Shown: in pieces, positions 9,171-18,655 of the stretch
Position numbering within the stretch: the stretch's first letter is position 1
Layout: every line of letters starts with the position of its first letter
Source of the DNA: a virus
Length of the DNA stretch: 64,000 nt
IMG/VR virus record: IMGVR_UViG_3300021964_000021
Span: 55,142-119,141 of that record
Direction: 5' to 3' (one strand)
Position numbers and translations under genes: made by a program
The notes under the pieces: generated by a model
Told to the model about the DNA's origin: nothing
The model's input: the letters and a program-made list of their open reading frames with translations, nothing else
Databases searched by the model: none

Positions 9171-11876
9171 ATGGCAGTTAATACTCAAAGATTTTTGCCT
9201 TCAAGTGGTGGAGCATCTGCAACAACAAGACCAACAGCAACACTTGTCCCTTACAAAAAACCTTCTGGTGGGGCACTTGTAAAGCAACAATCTGATGATA
9301 GTAAAGAAGAAGAAATCACTCCTTCGTTGGAGGAGAATGTTGCTGCTATTAGAGTAACAACAAAGAAGATTGAAAAAATTATTGGTCGAACTTTAAAACT
9401 TAACAAGGATACAATGAGGTTCGAGGCGAGAACGAACCAAAAAAATCTTCGTGAAGAAAAGGAGAAAAAAAGAGAAAATAAAAAGAAGAAGGGTATAAAA
9501 ATGCCCAAGGGAATTAATATTCCTGGAACGGGATTTTTGGATGGAATTAGGAATTTTTTAGGAACAATAATTCTAGGTAGATTATTGGTGCTTTTGGTTG
9601 ATTATGCACCAAAAATTGCAGAGTTTGTTAAATTTATTTCCCCTATCGCTAAATTTATTGGTGATGTTGTTAGTGGACTTGCGGATAAATTAGTAACTGC
9701 AATTGACTTTGGATATAAAGTAAAGGATAAAATAGAAGAGACAACTAAAAATCTATTTGGTGATGATGGACTAAAGAAATTTAAAGAATTTCAAGGTCAT
9801 TTTACTAAATTCATGAATCTGGCAATGATCGCAATTATGCTTGCTGGAACTACTTCTTATGATGTTAACAAGGGAAGACGTGGAGGAGGTGGTAATAATC
9901 TTAATCGTAGAGGTGTAGATGCTGATGGATTTAAAAATCGTACTGGCAATGCTCTTCAAACTCAAAGAAATGCAAAAGGAAAATACACCCTTCTAGAGGG
10001 AGGTAGTTATAGAGACGATATTAAACAGAGATATACTCGAAGGTTTGGTGAAAAAGCTACTAGAAATAGATTTGGAGCAGCTGCTTCAAATGTTAGTAAG
10101 AAGGTAGCTACTAAAGGTCTTCGTGCTGGTGCAGGTAAGATCGCTGGTAAGATTCCAATTGTTGGTCCTCTGATTGACTTTGGAATCAGAGCATTTATTT
10201 TTAAAGAACCACTTGGTAAAGCAGCAGCAGGTGCTGTTGGTGCTGGTGTTGGACAAGCACTTGGAACTTGGTTAGGTGGTGTTGTTGGTGGTCTTGCTGG
10301 ATCCGTCGTACCAATTGTTGGTAATCTTCTTGGTGCTGCAGGTGGTGCTACATTAGGTGGACTGATTGGTGGTGTTATTGGTGATCAAATTGGTATCAGT
10401 CTTTACAATGTTCTTACAAATAAAGAAGATGCAGGTGCTGTTGAAGATGCTAGTCTTGAAGCGAAGGAAAAGGGTGGTGTAGTTGGTAAGGAAGAATATG
10501 AATCGGAGAGAGAGAAGAGAGCAAGAAATGCAAGAATCCAGAAGATAATGCCCTCAAGTGATCAACACATGAAGGTTAATGTTGCGAGAGCAAAACAAGC
10601 CAAAGGAAGGAAGGGCAATATTTTTAATAGATTATTCTCCTTTATGACAGATGCTGCTGAGACTGTCACTTCATTTGTCAATCCATTTGATAAAATTAAA
10701 GACGCTGTAAAGAAATTAAGAGCAACTAATAGTGGTATTTTAAGTAAGATCATGGCACTTGGTGCTGATCTTATTGCGGGTAAAAAACCAGACGCTAGAT
10801 CAATTAAGGCTATTGTTAAAACATTAATAACATTTTTTGATGCTGCTATCCCTGCACCAATAGGATTAATCACTAACATACTGCAAAAGTTAGCAAATGG
10901 TGGTTATGTTCTTGAGACTCCACAAGAACAAAAGAAGAGAACTCGTGAGTTTACTAAAATAGTTGAACGTAAGTTTCTGCGGGATGCTACTAGAGACACT
11001 ACACGGGCACTGAATGTTATTAAGGGTATTAAGGGGGAGACGGATGAACAAGCTGCTCGTAGGAGTGGTGGTGGTAATAATCCAACTACTCCTCTTGTTC
11101 CTGGAGGAAATAGACCAGCAAGTGCGGGAGCAACATTAAGCGGTTCTGATAAATTGGGTGGTGTGAGTGGCACTTCTGGTAGTGTTGCTATTAATGGTGC
11201 AGAGCAGACTGCCTTAAGTGTATCTTATACTCCTTTTGCAGAATCAGACATTCAAAAGGGTGGTGTTGTAATTACATCGGCTAAAGGGTACAGGAGAAGA
11301 ACTAATAGTACTCATAATGGATATGATATCGCTGCACCTACGGATACCCCAATGTATGCATATTTGGATGGAGAAGTGACTCATGCCAATGCCACAGACA
11401 TTAATGGTGCTGGATATGGTTACTGGATTGTATGGAAAGATTCTGTTCATGGTGCTTATCACTTCTTCGGTCATTTACATAGACCCCCTGCATTGGGTGT
11501 TGGTGCTAAGTTCAAAGCGGGTGCATTACTTGGCAACGTTGGTAGCACTGGTAGATCTACTGGACCACACTTGCACTGGGAAATATCTAATAGTCCTCCC
11601 GCAGCGAATGGTCAGTTCAGTAGTTACCTAGATCCTGGAAATTGGGTTAATACTCATGGAGCTCAAAAGAAAGAACCTCAAATAACACCACCTACCCCTA
11701 CAACCACTCCAGATGATATATCATCAAAAGCAGACTATGAAATAACTGGAACGGTTATTGCAGTCCATGAAACTACTAAGATTGTAAGAGTTCCTGTTCT
11801 AAACCGTAGGGGTCGTGAAGTAGGAACTAAGAATGTGACTGTTCATAAGGATGCTACAGTCATTGCACCTACTTGA
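9171..11876 (+). CDS. Tape-measure/hub-like protein with C-terminal M23 (LytM) peptidase (paralog 2)
   Basis: Gly/Ala-rich helical region; HNGYDIA...GYGYWIV...FFGHL...VGSTGRSTGPHLHWE = M23 HxxxD and HxH zinc motifs. Confidence 0.75.
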   Translation: MAVNTQRFLPSSGGASATTRPTATLVPYKKPSGGALVKQQSDDSKEEEITPSLEENVAAIRVTTKKIEKIIGRTLKLNKDTMRFEARTNQKNLREEKEKKRENKKKKGIKMPKGINIPGTGFLDGIRNFLGTIILGRLLVLLVDYAPKIAEFVKFISPIAKFIGDVVSGLADKLVTAIDFGYKVKDKIEETTKNLFGDDGLKKFKEFQGHFTKFMNLAMIAIMLAGTTSYDVNKGRRGGGGNNLNRRGVDADGFKNRTGNALQTQRNAKGKYTLLEGGSYRDDIKQRYTRRFGEKATRNRFGAAASNVSKKVATKGLRAGAGKIAGKIPIVGPLIDFGIRAFIFKEPLGKAAAGAVGAGVGQALGTWLGGVVGGLAGSVVPIVGNLLGAAGGATLGGLIGGVIGDQIGISLYNVLTNKEDAGAVEDASLEAKEKGGVVGKEEYESEREKRARNARIQKIMPSSDQHMKVNVARAKQAKGRKGNIFNRLFSFMTDAAETVTSFVNPFDKIKDAVKKLRATNSGILSKIMALGADLIAGKKPDARSIKAIVKTLITFFDAAIPAPIGLITNILQKLANGGYVLETPQEQKKRTREFTKIVERKFLRDATRDTTRALNVIKGIKGETDEQAARRSGGGNNPTTPLVPGGNRPASAGATLSGSDKLGGVSGTSGSVAINGAEQTALSVSYTPFAESDIQKGGVVITSAKGYRRRTNSTHNGYDIAAPTDTPMYAYLDGEVTHANATDINGAGYGYWIVWKDSVHGAYHFFGHLHRPPALGVGAKFKAGALLGNVGSTGRSTGPHLHWEISNSPPAANGQFSSYLDPGNWVNTHGAQKKEPQITPPTPTTTPDDISSKADYEITGTVIAVHETTKIVRVPVLNRRGREVGTKNVTVHKDATVIAPT

Positions 11877-11903
11877 TTAAATAATAAGTAATCTATAGAT
11901 ACC

Positions 11904-13526
11904 ATGCCTACAGCAAATCTAGCAACTAATTCAGGTAATATCTCAAAACTTGAGATATTCTCAAATAAAGTAAATGGCAGCAAAGACATCTCTGCTGGTG
12001 TTGTAGAGTGTGATTATTATGAGAGTATTCTTGAACCGACAGTAAGATTTTCTATTCTAGTTGCAGATTCTGGACATGAAGTTGGTGGTGGAGAACAGGC
12101 AGTATCTGCAATTCAATATTTAAAATTATCAGGTTCAGAGAAGGTGCATCTTACACTAGAAGATGCTTATGGTAATAAGTTGAAGTATGAGGGTGATAAT
12201 GCTTTATATGTGGAGAAGGTAAGGAATATAACATCATCTCAAAGTGGGGTGATGTATGTTATTGATTTGTTTTCAAGAGAGGCAGTTGCGAATGATCTTG
12301 TAGCATGTGAAGTTTATCGTAGATTTGATGGTGAAATAAGTGCTACAGCAACTGCCATTCTTAATGATGCACTAAAGACTACAAAAAATATTATTGTTGA
12401 TAGCACTGCAAATAAATTTAATGTTGAAGGTAGAGGTAAAAAACCATTCAGACTATTGGCAGAGATTGCTACTAGAGGAGTATCTGCCAAGTCTCAGAGT
12501 AGTGCAGGATACCTATTTTTTGAGACATATGATGGATTTAATTTTAGATCAATTGACAATTTATTTGATGATTCTGAAGGTGCTAGAGCATACATTTATA
12601 ATAATAGTACAGAACTTCCTGCGGGATATGAGGCAAAGATTATCAGTTATGATGCAGATCAAAGCATAAGTGTATCTAAAAATCTAAAGTCTGGTTCATA
12701 TGGTACAGTATTAGAAACGTCTAATACATTCTCTCACATTTTTAATCCAAGGGAACAAGAGATAACCACTGATGAGCAAAAGATACATGGTGGACTAGAA
12801 GTTCCAGAACTAGCCAAAGAATTTATTGAAGTATTCCAGAGCACTGTATCAAAGAGGTTCTCTAAAAAGGATGATGTTGGAAATCTTCCTACGGGATCTG
12901 TAGAGGAGCAGGTCGATCAAGCAACAGAACCAAATTTAAAGTTGGATGAAGTCATATTGCAGAGTGCTATGACCTATAATAAATTATTCAGTTTAGACAT
13001 TACTATTGTAGTTCCAGGAGATTACACTTTAAGAGCTGGTTCTATTGTTCATGCTGACTTCCCACAAAAAGACGCCAAGATGGAGAAGGGGGATGATTTT
13101 GATAAGGAATTAAGTGGACTTTATATTGTATCTGATATCTGCACTCACTTGACTCAGAGTCATACTTTGACTAAAATGAGATTAGTTAGGGATTCATATG
13201 GTAGACAACCAAATAGAAGCACTGCGACTTCTGGAGCTCCTATTTCAATAGGTCAAGAGAGTTCAAAGGGTATATTTGGTTCTGGATTATCCAATCCATT
13301 CTCTGTATTGGGTAATACTGATGATTCTATTGCAAAATTCTTATCAGCAGAAGAGAGAGATCTCGTCAATAAATGGAATAGTGGTACTTGGGAACCAAGT
13401 GGAACTACTGATAACATTACAAATGTGATTGATAAAACATCTGTTGGTAAAAATATTGATGTTGATTTGGATGCTGGTTATGATGACCCTAACTTCAAAC
13501 CAGAAGATTATCTGGATTTAGACTAA
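11904..13526 (+). CDS. Baseplate hub/tail protein (gp27-like)
   Basis: YYESILEPT...GYLFFETYDGFNFRSID...VPGDYTLRAG...SGLYIVSDICT...LVRDSYG; position just upstream of gp5. Confidence 0.6.
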   Translation: MPTANLATNSGNISKLEIFSNKVNGSKDISAGVVECDYYESILEPTVRFSILVADSGHEVGGGEQAVSAIQYLKLSGSEKVHLTLEDAYGNKLKYEGDNALYVEKVRNITSSQSGVMYVIDLFSREAVANDLVACEVYRRFDGEISATATAILNDALKTTKNIIVDSTANKFNVEGRGKKPFRLLAEIATRGVSAKSQSSAGYLFFETYDGFNFRSIDNLFDDSEGARAYIYNNSTELPAGYEAKIISYDADQSISVSKNLKSGSYGTVLETSNTFSHIFNPREQEITTDEQKIHGGLEVPELAKEFIEVFQSTVSKRFSKKDDVGNLPTGSVEEQVDQATEPNLKLDEVILQSAMTYNKLFSLDITIVVPGDYTLRAGSIVHADFPQKDAKMEKGDDFDKELSGLYIVSDICTHLTQSHTLTKMRLVRDSYGRQPNRSTATSGAPISIGQESSKGIFGSGLSNPFSVLGNTDDSIAKFLSAEERDLVNKWNSGTWEPSGTTDNITNVIDKTSVGKNIDVDLDAGYDDPNFKPEDYLDLD

Positions 13527-13532
13527 TAAATA
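13526..13532 (+). promoter_or_regulatory. T4-type late promoter ATAAATA upstream of cp12
   Basis: ATAAATA about 22 nt upstream of the cp12 ATG. Confidence 0.5.
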
Positions 13533-13554
13533 ATCAATAACTCGATCAACCATT

Positions 13555-13782
13555 ATGGATAACATCGAACAACACATCGAGGTAGATAAAAATATCCTTG
13601 AGGATCCTACTACCTCTCCACAACAACGTCGTCACATCGAGGAAGAATTACACGACCTCGAAGATTGGGTAGAGCATCATAAAGAAGAGATCGAAGCGGG
13701 GGATCATCATGATCCATCTCCACTTGAACTTTATTGTGATCAAAACCCATCCGCACTTGAATGCAAGATTCACGATAATTGA
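13555..13782 (+). CDS. cp12: CP12 Calvin-cycle inhibitor (auxiliary metabolic gene)
   Basis: C-terminal HHDPSPLELYCDQNPSALECKIHDN with the CP12 Cys pair; SPQQRRHIEEEL as in cyanophage CP12. Confidence 0.9.
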   Translation: MDNIEQHIEVDKNILEDPTTSPQQRRHIEEELHDLEDWVEHHKEEIEAGDHHDPSPLELYCDQNPSALECKIHDN

Positions 13783-13791
13783 TTTATATAA

Positions 13792-16563
13792 ATGGCAACC
13801 TATCTTACACACCCATTTTATGATGAAGGCAAGTCGTCCATGTTTTGGACGGGTATTGTTGCACCTAGAGAAGTCTGGGCAAGAGATGATGAACTTCTTT
13901 CAGATCGCTCAGAACTTAAAAATTGGGGTTATCGTGTAAAGGTTAGGATAGAAGGAGTTCACTCTCCAGATAAAAACGTACAAAGTGATGACCAGCTCCC
14001 TTGGGTTGTGGTTGGTTCGTCAAGTGCAGGGTCTGGTCATAAAAAGACAGGACTAACACCAGGGATTACTCAAGGATCAAAGGTTGTAGGTTATTGGGAA
14101 GACCCTGCAAAAAAAGAAGGACCAGTTTATCTTTATACTGTTCCAAATAATGATCAGCTTCTTCTGCCTAAGAATCAACCAGAGAATAATGGATTCATTC
14201 CTTATAGTGGATATAAGGATTGGGATCTTGTTGGTGGTCATTCTATTCCTGCATTTCAGGGTAATCCTTTAGAAGGTTTTACTTCTCCAAATATTATGTC
14301 ACTCAGTGATAAGACAATGATGAAGGAACCATCCTTCCCCTTGTCTACTCCTACAGAGTGTGGGGAAAGTGAATTGAGTTCCATTGGAGTTTACATGAAG
14401 GAACTCATTGCAAAGATTGAGAGGGCAACTGATCAATTAAATAGTTGGGAGAGTGCTGCTCAAGGATGGATTGCTGATAAACAGAAGTGGATTAATGAGA
14501 AGGCAGCAGAAGCTTCTGAGTTTATATCTCTTGGATTAAAAAACTTATTTAAGGATATTAGGAAGTTTGTTGAAGAGCAAATTAATGAAAAAACTAAATT
14601 TTTAGCGGAACTTATAAATCCACCAGATAGAGATAAAGCAAAAGTTGCTAAGGATGCTCTGATTGAACTGATTGTTTGTCTGTTCAATAAAATGATTGGC
14701 AACCTTAAAGCAATGGTTGGCAACTTTTTGACTCAGATGCTTGATCGTTATATTAACGTTCCTGCATGTGCAGTTCAAAATTTTATTGCTAGTCTTTTAG
14801 GAAATACTCTTGGTGCTCTTACTGGTGCTATAAATTCAATTATTAATAATATATCTTCTCTACTTGGTGGTGCATTTAGTATTGCTGGAGCTATTCTTGG
14901 TATTCTTGGTCAAATTGCAGGATTCCTTGTTTGTGAAGAAAAGCAAGAGTGCCCAGATACGAAAGAGTGGAATATCTTTGAAGGTGGATCTCCTCCAATA
15001 ACTTTAGATTTAGATAGTATTATTAATCAAGCAAAGGGAATCGCAGCATCTGCATCAAACTTAGTAGATATTGATAATCTTGCATCTATTGATTTTGATG
15101 GTCTAATTAGCGATGCAGTTCAGTCTATAAATGGTTGTAATGTTGGACCTTTATTTTGTGGACCACCTCAAGTAACCTTCTGGGGTGGTGGTGGATCTGG
15201 TGCGAGGGGTAATGCAATCGTCAGTGCTGCTGGAGAACTTTTGGGTGTTGATTTAATTGCTGGTGGTCTCGGATACAAAAAAGCACCAGGTATTCAAATT
15301 AAGGATAATTGTGGCAAGGGTGGTGGAGTTCGAGCTCAAGTAATAACTGCTCCAGATGGTGGAGTAGATCCTCAGACTGGGGATCCAACACTTAGAGTTG
15401 TTCAAGTTGTGATTAAAGATCCTGGTGGTGGATTTATATCTAGACCAAATGGAGATCTTGGTGGTGATGGTAGAGTCTGGGCACCATCAGATTATACTGT
15501 TGTTAAAAGAGGTGATGGAAGATGGGAGAAGTTTCCACCTGGAAGAGATTCTGATGAAGATATTGATCCTCGTGAGGGAGACACTGTAATTCGTCCTGAA
15601 GATAGGGCGGTTTATGAGGGTGGAATTCCTATTATTGGACCAGGTGGCAGAATAACTCCAGGTGTAGGTGGTAGAGAAGATGATAGTGGAAGTGGAATCC
15701 CAACTGGAGAATCTCAAGAAGAAAGACTTGCAAGACTTAGAGGTACAACTACTATTCCAGGTACAGGTCCAGGTGGTGCAACTGAGTTTGATGCATTCCC
15801 AACTATAGATGTTGGAAGTTATCCTACAATTCTATACTTGTGCGATATTAATATTGAGAATCATGGTATCAATTATAGCGATGGCGATCGAGTTGTTATT
15901 GAACCAAGCAATGGAACTGAAGTAGTTCCTACTTTTGGACCATTCGGTGTATTGCAGTCACTTAGAATTGTAAAAGCTGGTAAGGGATTTGTTGAAAGAC
16001 CTCTTATTTACATTGAATCAGAAACAGGTTATAATGCTATATTGAAACCAGTATTCTGTGTTGAGAGAATTGGTGATGATGTAGATGGCAATGTCCCAGA
16101 AGATCCTATTCTTGGTGGCATTGTATCTGTTGTAAATTGTGTTGGTATCATTGAGAATAAAGAATTTGCTGGTTATATCAATGGACAGCCATATTATGGA
16201 CCAACACATCAACATAGGGGAGTGAAGATGGTTGGTGCTCAGCATACGCAGAGAGCACATCCTTTAGTTTGGGATACTATTGGTGAAAGTTTATCTAATT
16301 ATGATAATCGTTTCCAATGGTTAGATGGTAATTTACTTCAGGTTATACGACCAACAAGTACAACATCACCAATATCATCACAACCATCTCCACCTTCAAG
16401 TTCAAACTCTGGAGGTCAATTGAACATGGGAACACAGGTTGTCGAGACTTCATCTTCTACTCCAGCACAACCCTCTAGTGCTCCACCTTCACCAACTCCA
16501 CCTTCACCAACCCCAACTCCACCATCACCTCCTTCTTCTGGTGGTGGAGGATACGGATACTAA
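13792..16563 (+). CDS. gp5: Baseplate hub subunit gp5-like (N-terminal OB fold), large virion protein
   Basis: FWTGIV...WGYRVKVRIEGVH...DDQLPWVVV...GSKVVGYWED = gp5 OB-fold; His-rich YYGPTHQHRGVKMVGAQH near the C-terminus; Pro/Ser tail ending GGGGYGY. Confidence 0.7.
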   Translation: MATYLTHPFYDEGKSSMFWTGIVAPREVWARDDELLSDRSELKNWGYRVKVRIEGVHSPDKNVQSDDQLPWVVVGSSSAGSGHKKTGLTPGITQGSKVVGYWEDPAKKEGPVYLYTVPNNDQLLLPKNQPENNGFIPYSGYKDWDLVGGHSIPAFQGNPLEGFTSPNIMSLSDKTMMKEPSFPLSTPTECGESELSSIGVYMKELIAKIERATDQLNSWESAAQGWIADKQKWINEKAAEASEFISLGLKNLFKDIRKFVEEQINEKTKFLAELINPPDRDKAKVAKDALIELIVCLFNKMIGNLKAMVGNFLTQMLDRYINVPACAVQNFIASLLGNTLGALTGAINSIINNISSLLGGAFSIAGAILGILGQIAGFLVCEEKQECPDTKEWNIFEGGSPPITLDLDSIINQAKGIAASASNLVDIDNLASIDFDGLISDAVQSINGCNVGPLFCGPPQVTFWGGGGSGARGNAIVSAAGELLGVDLIAGGLGYKKAPGIQIKDNCGKGGGVRAQVITAPDGGVDPQTGDPTLRVVQVVIKDPGGGFISRPNGDLGGDGRVWAPSDYTVVKRGDGRWEKFPPGRDSDEDIDPREGDTVIRPEDRAVYEGGIPIIGPGGRITPGVGGREDDSGSGIPTGESQEERLARLRGTTTIPGTGPGGATEFDAFPTIDVGSYPTILYLCDINIENHGINYSDGDRVVIEPSNGTEVVPTFGPFGVLQSLRIVKAGKGFVERPLIYIESETGYNAILKPVFCVERIGDDVDGNVPEDPILGGIVSVVNCVGIIENKEFAGYINGQPYYGPTHQHRGVKMVGAQHTQRAHPLVWDTIGESLSNYDNRFQWLDGNLLQVIRPTSTTSPISSQPSPPSSSNSGGQLNMGTQVVETSSSTPAQPSSAPPSPTPPSPTPTPPSPPSSGGGGYGY
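16481..16536 (+). repeat. 15-nt tandem repeat CTCCACCTTCACCAA (2 exact copies plus a degenerate one) encoding PPSPT
   Basis: Direct repeats at 16481-16495 and 16496-16510, degenerate copy after. Confidence 0.8.
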
Positions 16564-16577
16564 ACGTATAATAACAA

Positions 16578-17165
16578 ATGGCAGGACCAAAGATACATAA
16601 CCCAATAGACTTGGGTAACGACTTCGGGCACATTAAATTTGGGCACATAACTCCTAGATATGAATATGCTGGAGTTTTAGTTCGCAATGGGCATCCAGGA
16701 ATGTCTGCTGAGCACTACATGATGCTCATGTCTTCTGGTACGATGGCAGGAGGAACTATCAATAGATGTCCTGGTGTTTATCAAATTCATTGTGGCGAAG
16801 ATCCTGTTAATGACACTGCCATGGTGATAAATGCAGCAAGAGGTGATATAATTCTAAAGGCACCAAAAGGTAGAATCAGGTTAGATGCTAGAAATATTGA
16901 TTTAAAAGCAACTGGTCCTAATAACCAGAGTGGACATATTAATATTGAATCTAATGAAAAAGTTACCATTAAATCTAAAAATATAGAGGTTAATGGTGAT
17001 GCTGTTGCAAAATTTCTATCTTCAGGAACATGTGAATTAGTTGGTAATGCATCTCTTAATTTTTATGGGGGTATGATTGATTGTGCTGATTCTGCAACAA
17101 CTGTTAAACCATCTAAAGGAACATCGCCATTTGAATCTCAACAAAGAACTGGAGGATTTTTATAA
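16578..17165 (+). CDS. Putative baseplate spike / gp5 beta-helix-like protein
   Basis: Repetitive beta-strand pattern (GDIILKAPKGRIRLDARNIDLKA...INIESNEKVTIKSKNIEV); immediately after gp5. Confidence 0.5.
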   Translation: MAGPKIHNPIDLGNDFGHIKFGHITPRYEYAGVLVRNGHPGMSAEHYMMLMSSGTMAGGTINRCPGVYQIHCGEDPVNDTAMVINAARGDIILKAPKGRIRLDARNIDLKATGPNNQSGHINIESNEKVTIKSKNIEVNGDAVAKFLSSGTCELVGNASLNFYGGMIDCADSATTVKPSKGTSPFESQQRTGGFL

Positions 17166-17935
17166 TGAAAGTACCTGATTTAGAAGTTAAAAAGACTCTA
17201 TATGTTGGAGAGGGTGATCCTAGTGTCCCTCTAGGAAAGGGTCCTCTTCAAATTAGAGGAGGTGCTTATATTGAATCTCCAGCAGTCTTTGGAGCAATTC
17301 CACCATTTTTATTGGCTAATGTAAATATTGGACCAGCTATCAATCCAGATATTACAGTACCTCCACTGATTCCTGGTGCTCTTTGTACAGGAATTAATAA
17401 TCCATATTCTCTTGCAGTTCAAGGATCCTCAGCATTTTTGGGTGTTATTGATACTAACTCTAGCATTAATGCTGGAATGAATATCATCGCTCAGGGCGAG
17501 GTCATGTCTCGTTGTGGTGGACATATTTTATCTGCTAAGAAGAACTTTGACATTCCTCACCCAACAAAAGAGGGATGGAGATTACGCCATACTTGTCCTG
17601 AGGGACCAACAAATGACGTATACATAAGAGGTAAACTTAAGAATAATAGTGTAATTGAACTTCCTGAATATTGGAGAGAATTGGTAGATCCTGATTCAAT
17701 TACAGTGTCTATTACTCCAGTTGGCAGTCATCAAGATATTATTATCCACAGAATTGAAGACAATAGAGTCTTCCTTCACTCTGCTAAACCTATTAATTGT
17801 CATTATCATGTATATGGTGAGCGAGTAGATGGTGAGAAACTAATTCCAGAATATGAGGGTGCAACTCCCGCAGACTATCCAGGTAATAACGACGAGTATT
17901 CGGTGTCTGGATATCATTATGATACTAAGAGGTAA
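17165..17935 (+). CDS. Virion structural protein with a C-terminal chaperone-like domain (paralog A)
   Basis: KNFDIPHPTKEGWRLRHTCPEGP...VYIRG...IELPEYW...ITVSITP...EYEGATPADYPG. Confidence 0.55.
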   Translation: MKVPDLEVKKTLYVGEGDPSVPLGKGPLQIRGGAYIESPAVFGAIPPFLLANVNIGPAINPDITVPPLIPGALCTGINNPYSLAVQGSSAFLGVIDTNSSINAGMNIIAQGEVMSRCGGHILSAKKNFDIPHPTKEGWRLRHTCPEGPTNDVYIRGKLKNNSVIELPEYWRELVDPDSITVSITPVGSHQDIIIHRIEDNRVFLHSAKPINCHYHVYGERVDGEKLIPEYEGATPADYPGNNDEYSVSGYHYDTKR

Positions 17936-17937
17936 TT

Positions 17938-18645
17938 ATGGCAGAATTTATTCCACAGCAATCTGATACATCTGATTGTGCAGATCGTCCTGTTAATGGA
18001 ACCCCATCGTCAAAATATGATTACATTGTAAAATCTAGTACAGGTGATCCTGATTATCCAGCAGAGGCATGTACTCCATATCTTCTTTATAATGTTAAAG
18101 CTCAAAATCTTCAACTAGATAAGGATATTGTTGCTTGTCAAAATATTACCGCTGCTGGCACGATCAAAGCATCGACCTTTAATGGTCAGATTAATGTACA
18201 ATCTTGGAAGGGATTTGACATTACTCACCCCAATAAAGAAAATCATAGATTGAGGCACATCTGTGCGGAAGGTCCTGAAGCAGGTGTTTATATTAGAGGG
18301 ACACTAAAGGATAAAAATGTTATTGAACTTCCTTCTTATTGGGAAGGATTGATTGATCCAAATACAATTACGGTTACTTTGACTCAAATTGGATACTCTC
18401 AAGATCTAATTGTAGATAGAGAAATTCCTGAGTGGGGTAAAGTGATCAAGGTTAGATCTGGTTCTGGTGCTAATGTCTATTGCTTCTATGAAGTATGGGC
18501 AGCGAGAATTGATGGTGAACCTTTGATTGTTGAATATGAAGGTGCAACTCCTGCCGATTATCCTGGCAGTGACAAGCAGTTTTCTATCTCTGGATATGAT
18601 TATGATGCACGCGGTGATAAAAGCACTAAAGACATCAAATTATAA
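17938..18645 (+). CDS. Virion structural protein with a C-terminal chaperone-like domain (paralog B)
   Basis: KGFDITHPNKENHRLRHICAEGPEAGVYIRG...IELPSYW...EYEGATPADYPG, clearly homologous to 17165-17935. Confidence 0.55.
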   Translation: MAEFIPQQSDTSDCADRPVNGTPSSKYDYIVKSSTGDPDYPAEACTPYLLYNVKAQNLQLDKDIVACQNITAAGTIKASTFNGQINVQSWKGFDITHPNKENHRLRHICAEGPEAGVYIRGTLKDKNVIELPSYWEGLIDPNTITVTLTQIGYSQDLIVDREIPEWGKVIKVRSGSGANVYCFYEVWAARIDGEPLIVEYEGATPADYPGSDKQFSISGYDYDARGDKSTKDIKL

Positions 18646-18655
18646 GGAGTAATTT

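Noticed and set aside
13792-16563. T4-type lysozyme domain or intein in gp5
   Set aside because: No lysozyme catalytic motif or intein splice-junction motifs recognised by eye
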